Below are positions 52,192-64,000 of a stretch of 64,000 nt of DNA, piece after piece. The DNA lies in the NCBI GenBank assembly GCA_951406725.2, contig OX597831.1, positions 54,684,001 through 54,748,000 on the forward strand, given 5' to 3'. Within the stretch, counting starts at the first letter, position 1; each line of letters opens with the position of its first letter. The translations under genes were made by a program, and so were the position numbers. The notes below the pieces were generated by a model. That model saw only the letters and a list, made by a program, of their open reading frames with translations. It searched no databases and had not been told where the DNA came from. Origin of the DNA: Octopus vulgaris (taxonomy: Eukaryota).

Positions 52192-53227
52192 CGCACGTTG
52201 TGTTGTGTTTCACCCGCATGTGTTGATTCTTCACACCAGGAGATTTTCTTCACCCGCGAATTTTGTTTTAATAAAAAATTTATATCTATCAATTACAATT
52301 TTATTATAGATAATTTTCGTTGTCTTAATATTTTACATATTTTTTATATATAGCAAAAGTTTCTTGGCATTATGAAGGTGAATGGAATATGTGAACTTAG
52401 TACAGATAATTTGAAATTAGGTTTGAATTTTGTATGCAAAAGCATATGATGCAGGTATTTTTTTTTTTTGGAACAAATTCTTTGTTGACCAGTGTTATTC
52501 TTATCGTAGTTTACACATGAAACTGTTACTCAACTTTGAAGATTTGGGGACATACGCCCCCCCCCCCCCTTTTCACACACACATGCACTCATATATTAAT
52601 GATGTACACAAATACATGACAGGTATACATAATGCTGAAATACGTATAAAGTAAACACATGAAGACAAATATACTGATATAACAAATTTAAAAAAAATAA
52701 TAATAAAAACCTACAATAAACAGTAAGATGATACATGTTGATTTTATTAGGTATTTCTGTTTATTTAGAAACCTACAATGAAGAGGTCATTTCACAGACG
52801 CAAAACTATAAATTTCGCAGGGTACAACCTTAAAGTTGACACCGCTCCACTAAACACAGGAAATTTCTGTCTTGTTATTGTCTAAAAATATGCAGTTTTT
52901 TTTTTTTCCATTTTTAAACCTCTGTAACTTTTTCCTCCAATTTTTTCCCTCCACATCATACCTTGACAGCAATGAGACTGGAAAACTATATTATTATAGC
53001 CGATTTTCAGATTTTTTACTGTCTTTTAAAAATGCCTATTTTGCGAATGATTAAAACTAGATCCGGAAAATTCCTTCGAGCAGTCACATTGCAACCTGTG
53101 CAGGAATGAACTTCCCCTCTACAAGTGCTCAGATTCCTTTAAACAACAACAAAGACTCAATAAAGAAAGGCAATTTATCAACAAGTATAAGCCACAATTA
53201 AATATACACCCGACCACAACCAATAGA

Positions 53228-53358
53228 TACTCTTTTTACTCTTTTTCTTGTTTCAGTCATTTGACTGTGGCCATGCTGGAGCACCGCCTTTAGTCGAGCA
53301 AATCGACCCCAGGACTTATTCTTTGTAAGCCTAGTACTTATCATATCGGTCTCTTTTA
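53228..53358 (-). mobile_element. SINE family C 3' fragment
   Basis: gtttcagtcatttgactgtggccatgctggagcaccgcctttagtcgagcaaatcgacccc. Confidence 0.85.
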
Positions 53359-53458
53359 GATAAGAACAAACACTTAAAACAATTTTATACATATTATTAT
53401 CATTTTGAAAAATACTTCCTTTCATTTCCTAAATCTTTTTTCTAATATTCAAATATAC

Positions 53459-53460
<2 letters not shown>

Positions 53461-53499
<39 letters not shown>

Positions 53500-53675
53500 A
53501 ACAAACATACACACATACACAAAAACGAAAACATCGCAAAAACACACATACATACACTCATGCACACATATATATACAACAGAAAACATTACAAAAACAC
53601 TTACACACAACTCTGTACACGCACAAACACACGCATACATACACATGTACACGCACAAACATACCGACACATACA

Positions 53676-53767
<92 letters not shown>

Positions 53768-54150
53768 AAAAGAAAACATCGCAGAAACACACTAATATAC
53801 AATAGAAAACATCACTAAAACACGCACACACACAACTCTGTACACACACAAACACACGCATTTATGCATGCATGCACACGCACATACACACCTTCACATA
53901 CACTCACACACACACACACACTCACACACACACATACGCAAACTGGTGACCTCACATATACACACAGTTGGAGATACTCAAAAGAATACAAAAGAATACA
54001 CAGAAAAATCCTTATTCTTTCTTCAACAAGACATTCTTCACAACATACACACCCATGAACTCACAGCTAGTCACTTCCCAAACATATTGATAGGACATTC
54101 ACACTATACGCGCGCGCGCACAACACACACACACACACACACACACATGG
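53461..54150. repeat. (CA)n-rich compound repeat with an internal duplication
   Basis: Direct reading; aaaacatcgca.aaacac...cacacaactctgtacac occurs twice. Confidence 0.9.
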
Positions 54151-54559
54151 GCATAAAACCCATTCAATGAATGCTTTTTAACCACTGACTTGGCTAAACA
54201 CAAAGCCACACACAAAGATTTCTTTTAGACGATAGACACCTCTTTCCTCACTCTCTAACACTTTGAACTCTATACCAAACTATACTTAATGGAGACTTCA
54301 ACGAAAAATCTCCATACATGCCCTTGACCCTACAGACAGAAGATAGGTTGTTTTATAAATTTTTACTGATATTTGATAAGATGAAACACATCGATTTCCA
54401 CACATTTAGTTTTTGTAAAACAAGAGAGTCCAGAGTCAAGATGCAGCGAAAATTTTAGAAAACAATAAATAAGTAAATGAGTGGAATTCGAACCGGTGGG
54501 TGTATTAAGTAATAAGGCACTGAAAGTGAATGACACTCTCCAGACACTATATATATATC

Positions 54560-54849
54560 ACGTGATCAGATGACCGACCAGACCATCAGATGTTGCTACA
54601 CATCGCTGGTCACAATACGTTCGCATTGTTTTAGCCTTCGAACGACGTCACCCCGCTGGCTAAGCGAGCAGGCCAACAGAGGAAAGAGTGAGAGAAAGAG
54701 TGGTGAAAGAGTACAGCAGGGATCACCCCCACCTGCCGGAGCGTCGTGGGGCTTTTAGGTGTTTTTTCGCTCAATAAACACACACAACGCCCGGTCTGGG
54801 AATCGAAACCGCGATCCTACGACCGCGAGTCCGCTGCCCTAACCGCTGG
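54560..54849 (-). mobile_element. CpG-rich tRNA-derived SINE related to the family B head
   Basis: Minus strand: ccagcggttagggcagcggactcgcggtcgtaggatcgcggtttcgattcccagaccgggcg. Confidence 0.85.
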
Positions 54850-55741
54850 TTTTCTCTTCATGCTCACTTTCCCTCCTATTTCACTTCACTGTGTCCTTTT
54901 CATTTTTTCTCGCTTCTCCTTAATTCTTCTATCCCTCTTCCCCTACCTCTCTCTCTTCTCTCTCCCCATCTCCCCACGTGACCGGTGTTCGGCCAAGCCT
55001 GGCCTTTCTTTCTTGGTTCGACTACCATCCGTGCAACATCTATATTTCTCCCTGTGCCTGTCAAATCTTATGTCCCTGCCGTAAGGCTTTACTTCCACAC
55101 ACACCAAGCTTAATTTAATTTGTCCTTAGTCGAAAGACACCTGTTGTTATGTCCTGTTATTTGCATTTGTATTTGTGTAACATTTCTCCGTTTTTTTTCC
55201 TGTCCTTGTTTTCGTATACATTCGCTGCTTTCTTCCAAAGAATCTAGTGCTCTTAGCTTAAATTTTCCTTGGGGTTGGCCAGATTGGAGCATCTCGAGTA
55301 TAACCAGCTGAAATTGCAAAGATAATCTGGAACTCGACTGAGGATAGAAAACTCCGAATGACTCGTCCTTGTTTTCTTTGTATCGTCTGTCTGGATGTTT
55401 TGTTGTCCCTTTTTTGTATCACCTAACTGTCTGGATGTTTTGCGTTCTTGTCCCCCTTTTACATACTGAACACTACTTGGTGAAATTAATTAATAATTAA
55501 TTGATTTTACCCTTTTATTATTGATAATACAATTCCTTTCTTCCTGTTCTTTACTGCGGTTCTCACCGTTATAATCTGTTTACTCTATAACTCACGTGGA
55601 TGGAAGCGGGAAGAATACGAATCTTCACTCGTACTTTTTGAATTTGCTGGCACTGGCAGTTTGGAGAGGATTTGTCTGAGGTTACTCATATCAGAAGGGT
55701 ATGTTCAATTTTTAGTGCTTTCAAATCCAAATTAAGAAATG

Positions 55742-55804
55742 TTGAGCTGACGAAAGAAATGTCGAGTTTTAATTCGACTAATCTAGAAACGTTAACGTTC
55801 TCAA
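55742..55804 (+). ncRNA. Type I hammerhead ribozyme candidate with intact catalytic core
   Basis: TTGAG-CTGACGA-[aga..gtcgagtt/aattcgac..tct]-GAAA-CGTTAACG-T-T-CTCAA; stems I, II and III all form. Confidence 0.7.
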
Positions 55805-55994
55805 ATGAGCTTTGTACATGTGATATTTTGCTGTTTTTCCCTCCATATCTACGTGAATTATTTTTGAGTAAACACTATCTGGGAGACTTTTCTTATAGTA
55901 GAAGAAATGGCTAAAAAAACTTTTTGGCTGCTATTTCTAAAAGTTTCAGTATGTGGTAAAGTAAATTATTTTACTGAGCCCTAATTATATAACG

Positions 55995-55995
<1 letters not shown>

Positions 55996-56033
<38 letters not shown>

Positions 56034-56117
56034 AATCTACCTATCTATCAATACACACACACACATACATACATAATACATACATACATACATACAAACA
56101 TACATACATACATACAT

Positions 56118-56148
<31 letters not shown>

Positions 56149-56160
56149 TGCGTGCATGCA

Positions 56161-56191
<31 letters not shown>

Positions 56192-56195
56192 GTAT
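55996..56195. repeat. (TA)n/(TACA)n microsatellite
   Basis: Direct reading. Confidence 0.95.
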
Positions 56196-57299
56196 GTAGC
56201 TGAGGTGCTAACCTTGTGTCCAGAGAGAAAATGCTCCATTCATCAGTCGGAATAGCAGCAGTCTAATATTATATTTCCGCTATAAAATGGCTATCATAAA
56301 TGGTTCCATTGGATTCAAATGGGTGTCGATAACACAGAAGGAAAATGGCAATGCTCATGGTCTTCACTCACAAGCTTTCAAAATCTGGTAACACTGATGA
56401 AGTTTATGTTCAACTAAGGCAACAAAGAATCAACATCAGCAGAAAATACTCGAGAAGGGGATGTGGGCTTGCAAAAAAAATTGACATTCTTGGTAGGAAA
56501 GATTGAGTTATAAAATAATAAATAAGTGGTTAGTCAGATATGTGTCTTAGGTACTTCTTTAGTGTATGGTCTACTGCAATGTCCATAGACTACATTGTGA
56601 AATGACTTGATCTAGGTTAGAGTTAGGGTTAGACAGTATGCTGATGTGTAAATGACAGGGTAAAGTAGACCATGCACTAAAGTGTAAAGGGCAAAGTAGA
56701 CTGCATATTAAACTGGCACCGCATCTTATATAGGACCAGCTACTTCAGAAGTGCACTATATAACCCAGGAATCAGCAACTTCTTTTTGTATTGGCCCAAT
56801 TTTCCTTTTTTTTTGTTTGCATTTTCTCATGGTTTCTGTATATGTTTATATCATATTTTACATATAAAACGTATACCCACGTATCTTCCCTTTTCAATTA
56901 CTTGTAATGCTTAGGTAAGCAAAAATTAAGCAAATCATGATACAAAAGACGACCTGAAAAAAATCATTAACTGCTTAAGGACCCATAAATAATGAAATTA
57001 GAAAAACTTTCTGAAATCCACCAAGAATACCTCATTTACCTAACTGTAGTCACTCGTGTGAAACTGATACAATTAAGAAAGATTCAAAACATCAAAGCGA
57101 TTGATATCTCAAACTAGAGCAATCATATTTCCACTTCAGATTATTGGATTTATCAGATATAAAAAAGATACAGAATTGAGAAGGATAGATGAATAAAGGA
57201 GAACTAAACCATTATCTTTGTCATCGTTTAAAGCAGATTGACAGCACTGACAGAGCAAACTTATTTGCATAAACTTTGAAGGAGTTTGGCTGCTGAATC

Positions 57300-58540
57300 A
57301 AGCACGTCAGTGGTTTGTGTGTTCTCTGGTAGCTGCTCATTGATTTTGCTGGTTTGTTTTGTTGTTGCTGTTGTTGTTGGACAATGGTCCCTGGCTTTTC
57401 CTTCTGTTTTCTTCATTCACAACTACAGTTTACCATGGTGGAGTCATCCTCTTCTTTCTCTTCATTATTAGACGAGTATTTTGAGGAGCTGAAGAAGTCA
57501 GATGAGGATGATCAAAAAGTTTTGTTGATTCTATATGTCATCTCTTCTTTTCTTTCTTTTGTTCTGAGAAGGACACTGCTCAACTGTCAAACTCATTAAT
57601 ACTCCTCTCCAGTATCTTAGAAAATTCAGCTTGAGTGGCTGCTGATATTACTTCTGCTGCACTTCTTAATTCTGTTCTTAATATTGTGTCTGTGGTGTCA
57701 ACAACGCTGTAGATCCTTGTAGACTTGGCTTTTATTGTTGTTAGAAGCTTTCAGATGATCAGTACTACCGGTTGTGTGGAACCTTGGTCTTCTACTTTCC
57801 ACTATAATATGAAGTTAGGTGCAATTTGGTGGGTGGGTGGAGGGCTATCTGGTTGGTGAATATCCTGGTTTTCCAGTTTTGCTTGAATCAGAACTTTAAT
57901 GCCAATTGACTAGTTTTCTTGACAATATTTTCTCATAAGGAGTGAGTTCTCTTCATTTTGAAAAACATACACCACCAGCCATTTAGTCCAGGCAAAATAT
58001 TTAAATTCCTTCACCTTTGACACTCACCAGAATGAGAGTAAATACATCACTTCTGCAAGGAGCTCTTGAGAGGAATTTCCCCCTCCTCTCTTTCACACCA
58101 CCTTGTGTAAATGACAAAGCATATATCACCCGCTGTTTCTTGGAAGTGTGTGGCTCTTTCCATTAGCCAGTTCTTCATGGGATCCCCTCTCAGCCCTGAT
58201 GTTCTCTAGTTCATTGGCCCCTGGAGCTGGGGGCACTGAAGATGAAGCAATTCCATTTGTTTCTTCTGCTCTGGTTATCCTTGGAGTTGTAACTGGTTGT
58301 GACAATGAAACTAGTTGTAACTGGTTGTGACTGGGACTGCTGCTTGCTGTTTTTACTGTTCCTACTACTTTTAGCTTTTCCTCTTCTCAGTAGAGGGTCT
58401 TTGCTACCATACTTGTAGCAACCAAGCCTTTGTCTTGCACCGATATCCTCTCTACTCTCAATATGATACAATTCCAGTATATCCTTGTGGTCTTCCGGAT
58501 CCACATGATGGGAGTCATTTCTAGAAGCACCGCTAGCTCA
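57300..58540 (-). mobile_element. Possible decayed non-LTR retrotransposon ORF1-like region
   Basis: A-rich minus strand with protein-like broken frames (ORF 58211-58504; PDSPPPTHQIAPNF); no diagnostic motif recognised. Confidence 0.3.
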
Positions 58541-59551
58541 CACCAAGAAAACAATAACGATTAGCAAAAATAATGATGGCAAATTAATTGTCAGTTAAAA
58601 GCCAACGGAAATTCTTTGAATGCAATTTTCAGAAATTTGTTTTCAAGTGATAGAGTTATTGGAACGTGAGAATACATGTTTCACAGTATATTTTCCAACT
58701 CTTTATATTTTGATTCTGAATCTCATAATGGTTAACGTTATCTTTCATCCTTGTAGGATCGATAAGATAAAGTACCAATCAAGTACTAAAGTCGATGTAA
58801 TTAACTAACCCCTTTTCACCAAAATTTCTGGTATTGTTTCTTAAATCAATAACATTTATTTATTTATTTATTTATTTGTTTAATTATCTTTGCAAGAGCA
58901 GAGGAATCTACCTCATGCTTCAATTACTCCTAGTTATTTCCTATGTTACACTCTATTCTCAATTTCGTTCATTACAGAAAATTGCAGAGCCTTTCAATTT
59001 TTACATACTTAGTCTGATGTAACAATGTTTATACGAGCTCTGGCGATGGAAAGCTGAATACGATCACACTGGAAACTAGAATCTTTTCTGTTTGGTTGCA
59101 CCTGTAGAAATTTGAAAGTTTAGTGAAAATTTTAAAATTTGATGTATTGATGTAATTTTCCACACTGAATCTCGGGAGATGTTGAACTTTTTACAGAAAG
59201 TTTTTTTTTTTTAATTACAGAGACTTAAAGTTTGATCATTTTTATCCAGTCAAAAAACAGGATTTGGAAGTTGTCCTTTTGTGCTGACAACACGTGTTGT
59301 CAACTGTAAGCAAATGAAATATTGGCGGAATTGTGCTTTACGCACGCCATATAACCCCTCATAACTTCATTATTTTTAAGGAGTTTTCAGAAAATTTTCG
59401 CGAATTTGTATTCTACACACGGGAATTCATATGATTATGCGAAAATAATTTTTTTGCGTGATTTAAGGCCTAATTATCTATTATTTTTAGCACATCTCAT
59501 AACCACCATATAATAAACGAAAGCTGACCGCGTGAGTAAACTGCTTGGCTT

Positions 59552-59565
59552 GTTACTATGGAAAC
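59552..59565. promoter_or_regulatory. RFX X-box motif GTTACTATGGAAAC
   Basis: Matches GTHNYYATRRNAAC; CpG-retaining surroundings. Confidence 0.35.
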
Positions 59566-61367
59566 ATGAATGTGTCTGTAGCTTACGATTGACTAAAATT
59601 ATTCCAGATTTGCAAACTTTAAAAGCTATCAACTCTTTATTTATTGATTTATGGCGAAAATGAATTTCATGTCAATGATTGGTATACAAAACTACATCAT
59701 TACACCTAATATGAAATCATTTGGAATAGAAATTGAAGAAACTGAAAAGTTACAGTCAAACAAAAGATCCGGAAACTATTTTTTGATAATGTCGATCAGC
59801 GCTATACGCGTTAATGTTGTTCATACTGGTCAAACTGTGATTTACAGTTTGACCAGAGGATGATAAAAGTGATAATGACAAAAACGATGTCTTTAATCTA
59901 TACATCTTCCTAAACTTTCGCTAAGAAAGGCGTTGATGACAGCGATGATCAGGATATCACGAAAAAAAAAAAAAAGTCGTGGCTTTGGCGCCGGCTACAT
60001 CAAATCTGAAAATATGGTGACCGGGAAAAAACGTCACAGAAAAACATCGCATTTTTAACTGGGAAAAAATAATCGCTGGAAAAAAGTCTTATGATAAACA
60101 ATTAAAGCAAAGCAAAATGCATTTTATATCAGTTATTAACTGATAATACATGACTTGCTCACAATTTATATATGATGGTAGTACACATATGTGAAAAAAA
60201 ATCTAATCTTTTATTCAATTTCTTAAGTAAAATAAGACAATGAAACAAAGAATTTAAACCAGTCATATATTTACAATATATAACGTACAATATGAGACCA
60301 TCTTACACATTATCTTTAGATGTATTTTCAGTATTTTTAGTGTTGATGAATAAGACAATATTCTAGGTGCCGTCACGAAGAAGCTCTGTCACAGTCTTGT
60401 GGTATCCCGCTTTTTCTTTCGGTTCTGTCCCTTTTTCTTCCCTGGATTCGAAAATATTTCAAATGACGAAGCTGACGATGAAGTGAATGTGACCGATAAA
60501 TCTCCACAAGTTCTGCTGTCCCTGAAAAGTTGTTATCTTTTGATCTGAATCAAAACAATCGATTTTGATTTCATAATTGGTAAGGAGTCTACTGAATGGC
60601 TGAATTTTTATTCTTGGTTTGTTTATGATACTGATAGGTATCAAGCTATTTGTTGCCTTTGTTCATGCATAGTAACATTTTTGTTTCTTTTGAGAACTGG
60701 GTAAATCAAACCAGTAGTTAAAGCATGTGAGAAGTGTTTGTCATCATGAGCAGGCTATAGTGAAATGAAAAGAGTAGCGAGCGAATGCAAAAAGTACAAA
60801 ATGTCGATATTAGGTCAAATGAATATTGTGTAAAAGCAGCAACTAGCGCAGAACCGAGAAAATCATTATTGAAATTTTGTTGTTTCACTGCGCAACAAAA
60901 CAATCCAGCGAGGTCACGCAGTTACTTAAGGTGAAGGTTCTGATATCAAATGAGATAGTTTCAGAGCTTTTATACCTTCGGCAAAATTACAAAACATATT
61001 TCCAAGCCTACCACTTGTTTGATTACACACCAGTCATCTGATTAGTTGATTCATATTTACGTAGGTGTTAATACCTCTTATTTCTCGTAGCTGGCCTTTG
61101 CTTTTATGGCAGTGTAGTTGGGCCATAATTCTAGTTAATGAGGTCAACTGAGTGCAGCGAGTCACAATACACCTCATATTCATCACTAGAAGAGAAATCT
61201 GTCAAAGAAACTGTTCTCTATGAATTTGTCAAAAATATTCTTGGAAAGTTGGTGATAAAATTGCTGGAAAATGTTTTCATGGCGCAGAAAGTATGGGCCG
61301 AGTTCATTACAAGTTTGACAACGAAAATAATGTGATGTTTGGACACGACTTAAATCTTACTAAGATC

Positions 61368-61703
61368 CGAACGTGGCCATTGCCAGCGCCGCTCCGACTG
61401 CCTCCGTGCCGGTGGCACGTAAAAAGCACCATCCGATCGTGGCCGTTGCCAGCCTGGCCTGGCCTCCGTGCCGATGGCACGTAAGAAGCACCATCCGATC
61501 GTGGCCGTTTGCCAGCCTCGTCTGGAACCTGTGCCGGTGGCATGTAAAAAGCACCCACTACACTCATGGAGTGATTGGCGTTAGGAAGGGCATCCAGCCG
61601 TAGAAACATTGCCAGATCAGACTGGGCCTGGTGCAGCCTTCTGGCTTCCCAGACGCCAATTGAACCGTCCAACCCATGCCAGCATGGAAAGCGGACGCTA
61701 AAC

Positions 61704-61733
<30 letters not shown>
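61368..61733 (+). mobile_element. SINE family D with three internal modules, CpGs retained
   Basis: gtgccggtggcacgtaaaaagcaccatccgatcgtggccgttgccagcct modules; (gat)n tail. Confidence 0.9.
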
Positions 61734-61734
<1 letters not shown>

Positions 61735-61879
61735 CAGTAACATATATCAAACCATTTCATTACACTTTGGGGACTATTCAGAACCTTGACAACTTTCTCG
61801 AGACCTGACCCAAACAATATGCTTTCATTGAAGAATAAGCCTTGCAAAGAATTTATATATTTAAATGTAATAAGGTAGT

Positions 61880-62030
61880 CTTGTGGATATGAAGTAGTGA
61901 AACTCGTGGTAGAGTAAATACATCGTATCGTAACGATATTGTTGTTTGACTTGAGAAATGATCACTGTAATCCGAATATTAAAATATGTACTGATAGCAG
62001 TGCATTATTGAATGCTATATGTAGTTTTAA
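61880..62030 (+). mobile_element. Possible RNase H fragment of a LINE
   Basis: NIKICTDSSALLNAI resembles the I.I.TDS...L.AI RNase H motif; single motif only. Confidence 0.35.
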
Positions 62031-62741
62031 CCTTTTAATTGTCAAACATATGTATCAACGACAAATATCTCCAGGAAAAGGAACTGTTGGTGTTGTAACA
62101 ACTAAGGGAACAGCTGCAACAACCATGAAAACCCTCACCTGCAGAAATGAATAAAAACTTGAAGATGTTTGGAAATGCGCTAAATACTATGGTGAAAACC
62201 ATACATGATTCTCGTTCGTATAAGCAAGATATTCACGGAAAAATATGTCTTATCGAGCCTTAGTTGATGAGTTAGCAACGGAAGTCCCACTGGATCAAAT
62301 TGCCAAAAATTAACTTAGTATTGGATAAGGATATTGTGGAAAAGGATGGAATTTCATGTAGTTCCTCAGGTATATTCGGAAGAACAGAATCAGAGTGTAC
62401 GTAAAAGACGAGAAAAAGAAAACGTCATCAAAAATGTTACAAATCGAACCTTCCCTATGCATCGAAGCAAGTTATCGAATAGATTAAAAGAATAAAGTGG
62501 TAAATAAGACTCATGGTATAATAACGAGAAATTCAAAGGAGTTATGGTTAGTTACGTTACAAAGGCGAACTAACTCATAAAATCAAGAACGTATTAAACG
62601 AGGTGAATCTTAAAGTAACTGAAATCAAGCAAATCCATTCCATCAGAAATAAGTAAGACAGTCCTTTAATAACAGTTTTAAAGTATGGAAAATGAATCCA
62701 AAGATACTCGTTTGCATGTTGGTGGAATACCTAGGTACTTA

Positions 62742-63263
62742 CCGTAAATCCTCGAGTATAATCCGCATTTTTTTCCCGAAAATTTAAAGGTCAAAATCCC
62801 TAGTGCGTACTATATACGAGGTTAAAAATGAAAAATATTTTCTAAGCAATGCCCGAGTCTCTATTTGCTGTTCGGCAATGTTTATTCAGGCGCATTTTGT
62901 GATGTCGGGCGCGAAAATACCTCAAGCTAAGCCTCAAAGCAATGAAATCATAAAATAATCACCCATAACTTGCAGTAAACAACATTTATTAAAATAAAAG
63001 TATTCAGAACACAGAATAACATGTGACAAAAACAATTTGCAAACATATTTACATTCCCATATAACAGTTAAGAACATCACCATTATTGTATTACGCATGC
63101 GCGGAAGTGTTTGATCGAGTAGGTGCTGCTGGCTTAATTACGCACCACTCAAGTTAGAGAGGGGTGCGTATTATACACAAGGTTTAGGTTTTTCAGAGGT
63201 ACAGCCCCCTAAAAATCCCCTGCGTATTATACTCAAGGGCGGACTATACTCGAGGATTTACGG
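62742..63263. mobile_element. Tc2/pogo-type MITE, 522 bp
   Basis: TA|ccgtaaatcctcgagtataatccgc ... gcggactatactcgaggatttacgg|TA (25-bp TIR, one mismatch); subterminal gcgtattata repeats. Confidence 0.93.
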
Positions 63264-63339
63264 TACACATGCACTCAAAGTGCATACACGCGGACACTGA
63301 CCACGCAAAGTAAAAAAAGAAGCATTAAATAAAACTGTA

Positions 63340-63369
63340 CACACACGTACGCGCACGCGCACACACACA

Positions 63370-63440
<71 letters not shown>
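63340..63440. repeat. (CA)n microsatellite
   Basis: Direct reading. Confidence 0.95.
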
Positions 63441-63442
<2 letters not shown>

Positions 63443-63456
63443 CCAAAAGCTTCACA

Positions 63457-63715
63457 ATAAATAAATGTGCCCTTTTCAAAGCCTAGCCAGGCTCATGGGC
63501 CCGGTTTCCCGGTTTCTATGGCGTATGTATTCCCCAGCTGGATAGAACGCCAGTCCATCGCAGCGTTACTCATTTTTGCCAGTTGAGTGGACTGGAGCCA
63601 CGTGAAATGAAGTGTTTTGCTCAAGAACACAACGCGTCGCCCGGTCCAGGAATCGAAACCACAATCTTTTACGATCATGATGCCGACACCCTGACCACTA
63701 AGCCACGCGCCTCCA
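63457..63715 (-). mobile_element. SINE family B, full length, CpGs retained
   Basis: Same subfamily as 7985-8232. Confidence 0.92.
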
Positions 63716-63949
63716 CCTTCACAATAAATATTGAGGAAAATACTGGCAAATCAGTTTGCAACAGAAGAGCTGATGCGAGTCAGTTGTTGATAATGTTGAA
63801 GACTGTGACAAAAGGACTCTGATGAACCAAATGATTTATTGAGCAAACAATTGATTGGTTAATTTTCTGAGTGACGACAATATTAATGAGAATTGAAATA
63901 TACAACATGAACCTGCTTGTTTTTTCCTTCTTTTACTTTGCTTTTGCAG

Positions 63950-64000
63950 AATGATCCACTCAAAGCACAGCAACTCTTTCAACACACAATTTCACATCAT
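63950..64000 (+). other. Candidate exon start running off the window edge
   Basis: Strong acceptor ttttccttcttttactttgcttttgcag; two frames open (NDPLKAQQLFQHTISHH or MIHSKHSNSFNTQFHI). Confidence 0.45.

Noticed and set aside
55335-55370. Hammerhead-like ctgagga...ccgaatga
   Set aside because: GAAA core is absent and stems I and III do not form convincingly; at most a decayed repeat end
61293-61808. Recurring ORFs such as MFLRLDALPNANHS and ARRLHQAQSDL (also 13661 and 47665-48046)
   Set aside because: Antisense or off-frame readings of SINE family D, not a gene family

Overview
AT-rich, repeat-dense eukaryotic DNA, not prokaryotic: no operons, CRISPR arrays or rRNA. The SINE families and microsatellite load resemble an octopus (coleoid cephalopod) genome; this is inferred from recognition, not from a search. 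Almost all ORFs in the supplied track are microsatellite, SINE or decayed transposon noise. Likely coding signal is sparse and on the + strand: an internal exon at 8760-9016, alternative terminal exons at 10771, 11211-11267 and 42260-42456 (with a long 3' UTR), and an exon starting at 63950. I could not identify the gene. The introns and intergenic DNA contain four tRNA-derived SINE families, mariner and maT (DD37D) fossils, piggyBac-, mariner- and Tc2-type MITEs, RTE and RTEX LINE fragments, a Penelope-like element and a decayed 43-bp minisatellite with a palindromic core. Most notable: an apparently intact type I hammerhead ribozyme (55742-55804) plus decayed hammerhead-bearing repeats (31155, 41150-41835); a candidate splice switch among C-terminal tails including PDZ-type ends; a decayed intron-containing tRNA-Arg(TCT) gene (18833-18923); two SINE-derived foldback hairpins (47116, 48159); and two RFX X-box motifs in CpG-retaining DNA. 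Repeat boundaries are approximate unless TSDs or TIRs are quoted.
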